This document shows, piece by piece, positions 61,425 to 64,000 of a stretch of 64,000 nucleotides of DNA (the first letter of the stretch is position 1; each line of letters begins with the position of its first letter). Source of the DNA: the human T2T-CHM13v2.0 reference genome, Homo sapiens; assembly GCF_009914755.1 (NCBI RefSeq), contig NC_060934.1; one strand, given 5' to 3'. Made by a program: the position numbers and the translations under genes. The notes under the pieces are model-generated. The model worked only from the letters and a program-made list of their open reading frames with translations, made no database searches and was not told the origin of the DNA.

Positions 61425-61620
61425 CAGGGTCAGCAAACTATTATGCACCACCTACTTTTCTAAATGAGGTTTTATTGAACACAGCCATGCTCATTCATTT
61501 ATGTACTGTCTATGGCTTCCATTCTACAAAGACAGAACTGAGTATCTGCCACAAGTCCATATGGCCTGCAAAGCCTAAAATATCTATTATATAGCTTATT
61601 AATATCTGGCCCACCACCCT
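61425..61620 (+). mobile_element. MER58A-like hAT-Charlie element
   Basis: cagggtcagcaaacta...ttttattgaacacagccatgctcattcattt...atggcctgcaaagcctaaaatat. Confidence 0.7.
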
Positions 61621-61742
61621 TGATGTGAAGCAACCAGAACTCTGATACACTGCTACTGGGGCTATAAATTGGTGCAACCATTCTGGAAAACTATATGGCA
61701 GTATCTACTGTAACTCAACATTTGTATATGCTATATATTTTG

Positions 61743-62188
61743 TGTATTAGTTTCCTGTGGCTGCTGTAACAAATTACCACAGCCTTAGTGGCTTAAAACA
61801 ACACAATTTATTCTCTTACAGTTTGGGAAGCCAGAAGTCTGAAACCAAAGTATCAAGTGGACCACACTCCCTCCAAAAGCCCTAGGTGAAAATTCTTTAT
61901 CTCTTCCAGTTTCTGGTGGCTGCCAGCATTCTTAGTTTGTGGCTATATCACTCCATCTTCACATTGCCTTCTGCTCTGCGTATTTCTAACTTCCTACCAG
62001 CTCCTTCTTATAAGAACGCTTATGATAGCATTTAGGGCCCACCTGGAAAATCCAGGATTATGTCCTCATCTCAGAATCCTTAATTTAATTACATCTGCAA
62101 AGATCTTTTTTCTAAATAAGGTAACATTTACAGCCTCCTGGTATGAGGACATAGACATATCTTTGGGAGCCATTATCAGCCTATCCAA
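61743..62188 (-). mobile_element. MLT1B/C-type MaLR LTR, antisense
   Basis: tgtattagtttcctgtggctgctgtaacaaattaccac...ccattatcagcctatcca. Confidence 0.8.
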
Positions 62189-62476
62189 CAATTCCACTCC
62201 AGGGCATATAGAGCCACTAAAATATATAAAAACATATTGAGTTGTAACCTTGTAATTGATTAGTTTTTCCTGTGTGCATGTTATACTTCAAAGAAAAGAA
62301 AAACCTACAGTATTCTTTGCTCATCATTAATTAACATCTAAAATTTTTCATTGTAAAGTGTAAATAATTAGAAAGGATATACAGTGAATTTTAGCATAAT
62401 TTTTAAAGATATTTTTAAAGAAAATTGTTATATCACCCCTTCAGATCTACCCAGTGGAATGTAAATATTGGAATGA

Positions 62477-62814
<338 letters not shown>

Positions 62815-63144
62815 TAATGAGATCTTCAGAAATTCATATCATTTTTATTTCTCCTATAACATAATTTTTCATTCCACTTTCCCTACTGCATTTAATCTGA
62901 GTGTATTATACTTTTATATTTGGAGATCTATCAATCATCCTATCATAATTCTCTGATACAAAAAAGTATGATAAACTTAATATTTTAACTTTTTTGACCA
63001 TAAGGCTTTGAGTATTTAAAAAATAAAAAAGTCTTCTGAGTCATATTGTCATGACAATTACTATTAGTACCCAATTGAGCAAAATAACATAAACATCATA
63101 AAATGTATATAGATACTGAACATAAAAATTTTATTGGCAATGTG

Positions 63145-64000
63145 TAGGCATACCTCATTTTATTGTGCTTCACTTTATTGCACTTTGCAGACACTGTGTT
63201 TCTTACAAAACTGAAGGTTTGTGGCAATCCTGCATTAATGCCATTTTTCCAACAACATGTGCTCACTTCATGTTTCTATGTCACTTTTTTGTAATTCTTG
63301 TTAATATTTCAAGCTTTTTCATTATGATTATTATGTTTGTTATGGTGATCTGTAATCAGTAATCTCTGGTATCACTATTGTAGTTGTTTGGGGGTGCCAT
63401 GCCTATGTAAGATGACAAACTTAACCAATAAATGTTGTGTGTGTTCTGACTGCGCCTCTGACTGGCCCATTCCCCCATCTTTTCCCTCATCTCAGACCTC
63501 CTATTCCCTGATTGAAATTAGTCCTATTAATAACCATATTAAAATTAGTCCTAATAATAACCCTACAACGGCCTCTAAGTGTTCAAATGAAAGGAAGAGC
63601 AACACATCTTTCACTTTGAATCAAAAGCTAGAAATAATTAAGCTTAGTGAGGAAGGTATGTCAAAAGCTGAGACAGGCCGAAAGCTAGGCATCTTGTGCC
63701 AAAGTTAGCCAAGCTATCAATACAAAGAAAAAGTTATTGAAGGAAATTAAAAGTGCTACTCCAGTGAACACACAAATGATAAGAAACTGAAATAGCCTTA
63801 TTGCTGATATGGAGAAAGTTTTAGTGGTCTAGATAGAAGATCAACCCAGTCATAACATTCCCTTAAGCCAAAGCCTAATCCAGAGCAAGGCCCTAGCTCC
63901 CCTCAATTCTATGAAGGCTGAGAGAGGTGAGGAAGTTGCCCAGGAAAAGTTGGGACTAGTAAAGTGTGGTTCACGAGGTTTAAGAAAAAAAGCCATCTCC
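63145..64000 (+). mobile_element. Tigger1 DNA transposon, 5' part with a decayed transposase
   Basis: TIR-like taggcatacctcattttattg. The transposase N-terminus (T)ASKCSNERKSNTSFTLNQKLEIIKLSEEGMSKAETGRKLG has its ATG mutated to ACG and is broken downstream. Confidence 0.9.

Noticed and set aside
63388-63708. TIGD1/CENP-B-like protein gene
   Set aside because: It is an ordinary Tigger1 copy with the start codon mutated to ACG and downstream disruptions.

Overview
Primate (most likely human) genomic DNA made up mostly of transposable elements. I found no intact protein-coding gene. All family names come from recognising consensus-like sequence by eye, not from a database search. From 5' to 3' the window holds: an MST/MaLR element inside an old L1; a nested L1M/MST/Alu/MER11 stack; a HERV-H provirus with a truncated 5' LTR and a tRNA-Phe primer-binding site (PBS); a full-length decayed L1PB; about 20 kb of lower-repeat DNA with candidate minus-strand micro-exons and enhancer-like motif clusters; an 8.3-kb class I ERV provirus (MER66-like LTRs) with a collapsed env; an ERVL fragment; MER75; and Tigger1. 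The standout is a 253-bp element at 8019-8271. It consists of two inverted copies of the HERV-K(HML-2) LTR5_Hs U5 end (perfect 111-bp arms, 31-bp spacer), with TG...CA termini and a 5-bp target-site duplication (TSD). It looks like an integrase-inserted, self-primed strong-stop DNA, in effect a retroviral 'MITE'. The second most notable feature is a 43-bp copy of the ERV pol sequence next to a deletion breakpoint, which also appears outside the provirus at 56560.
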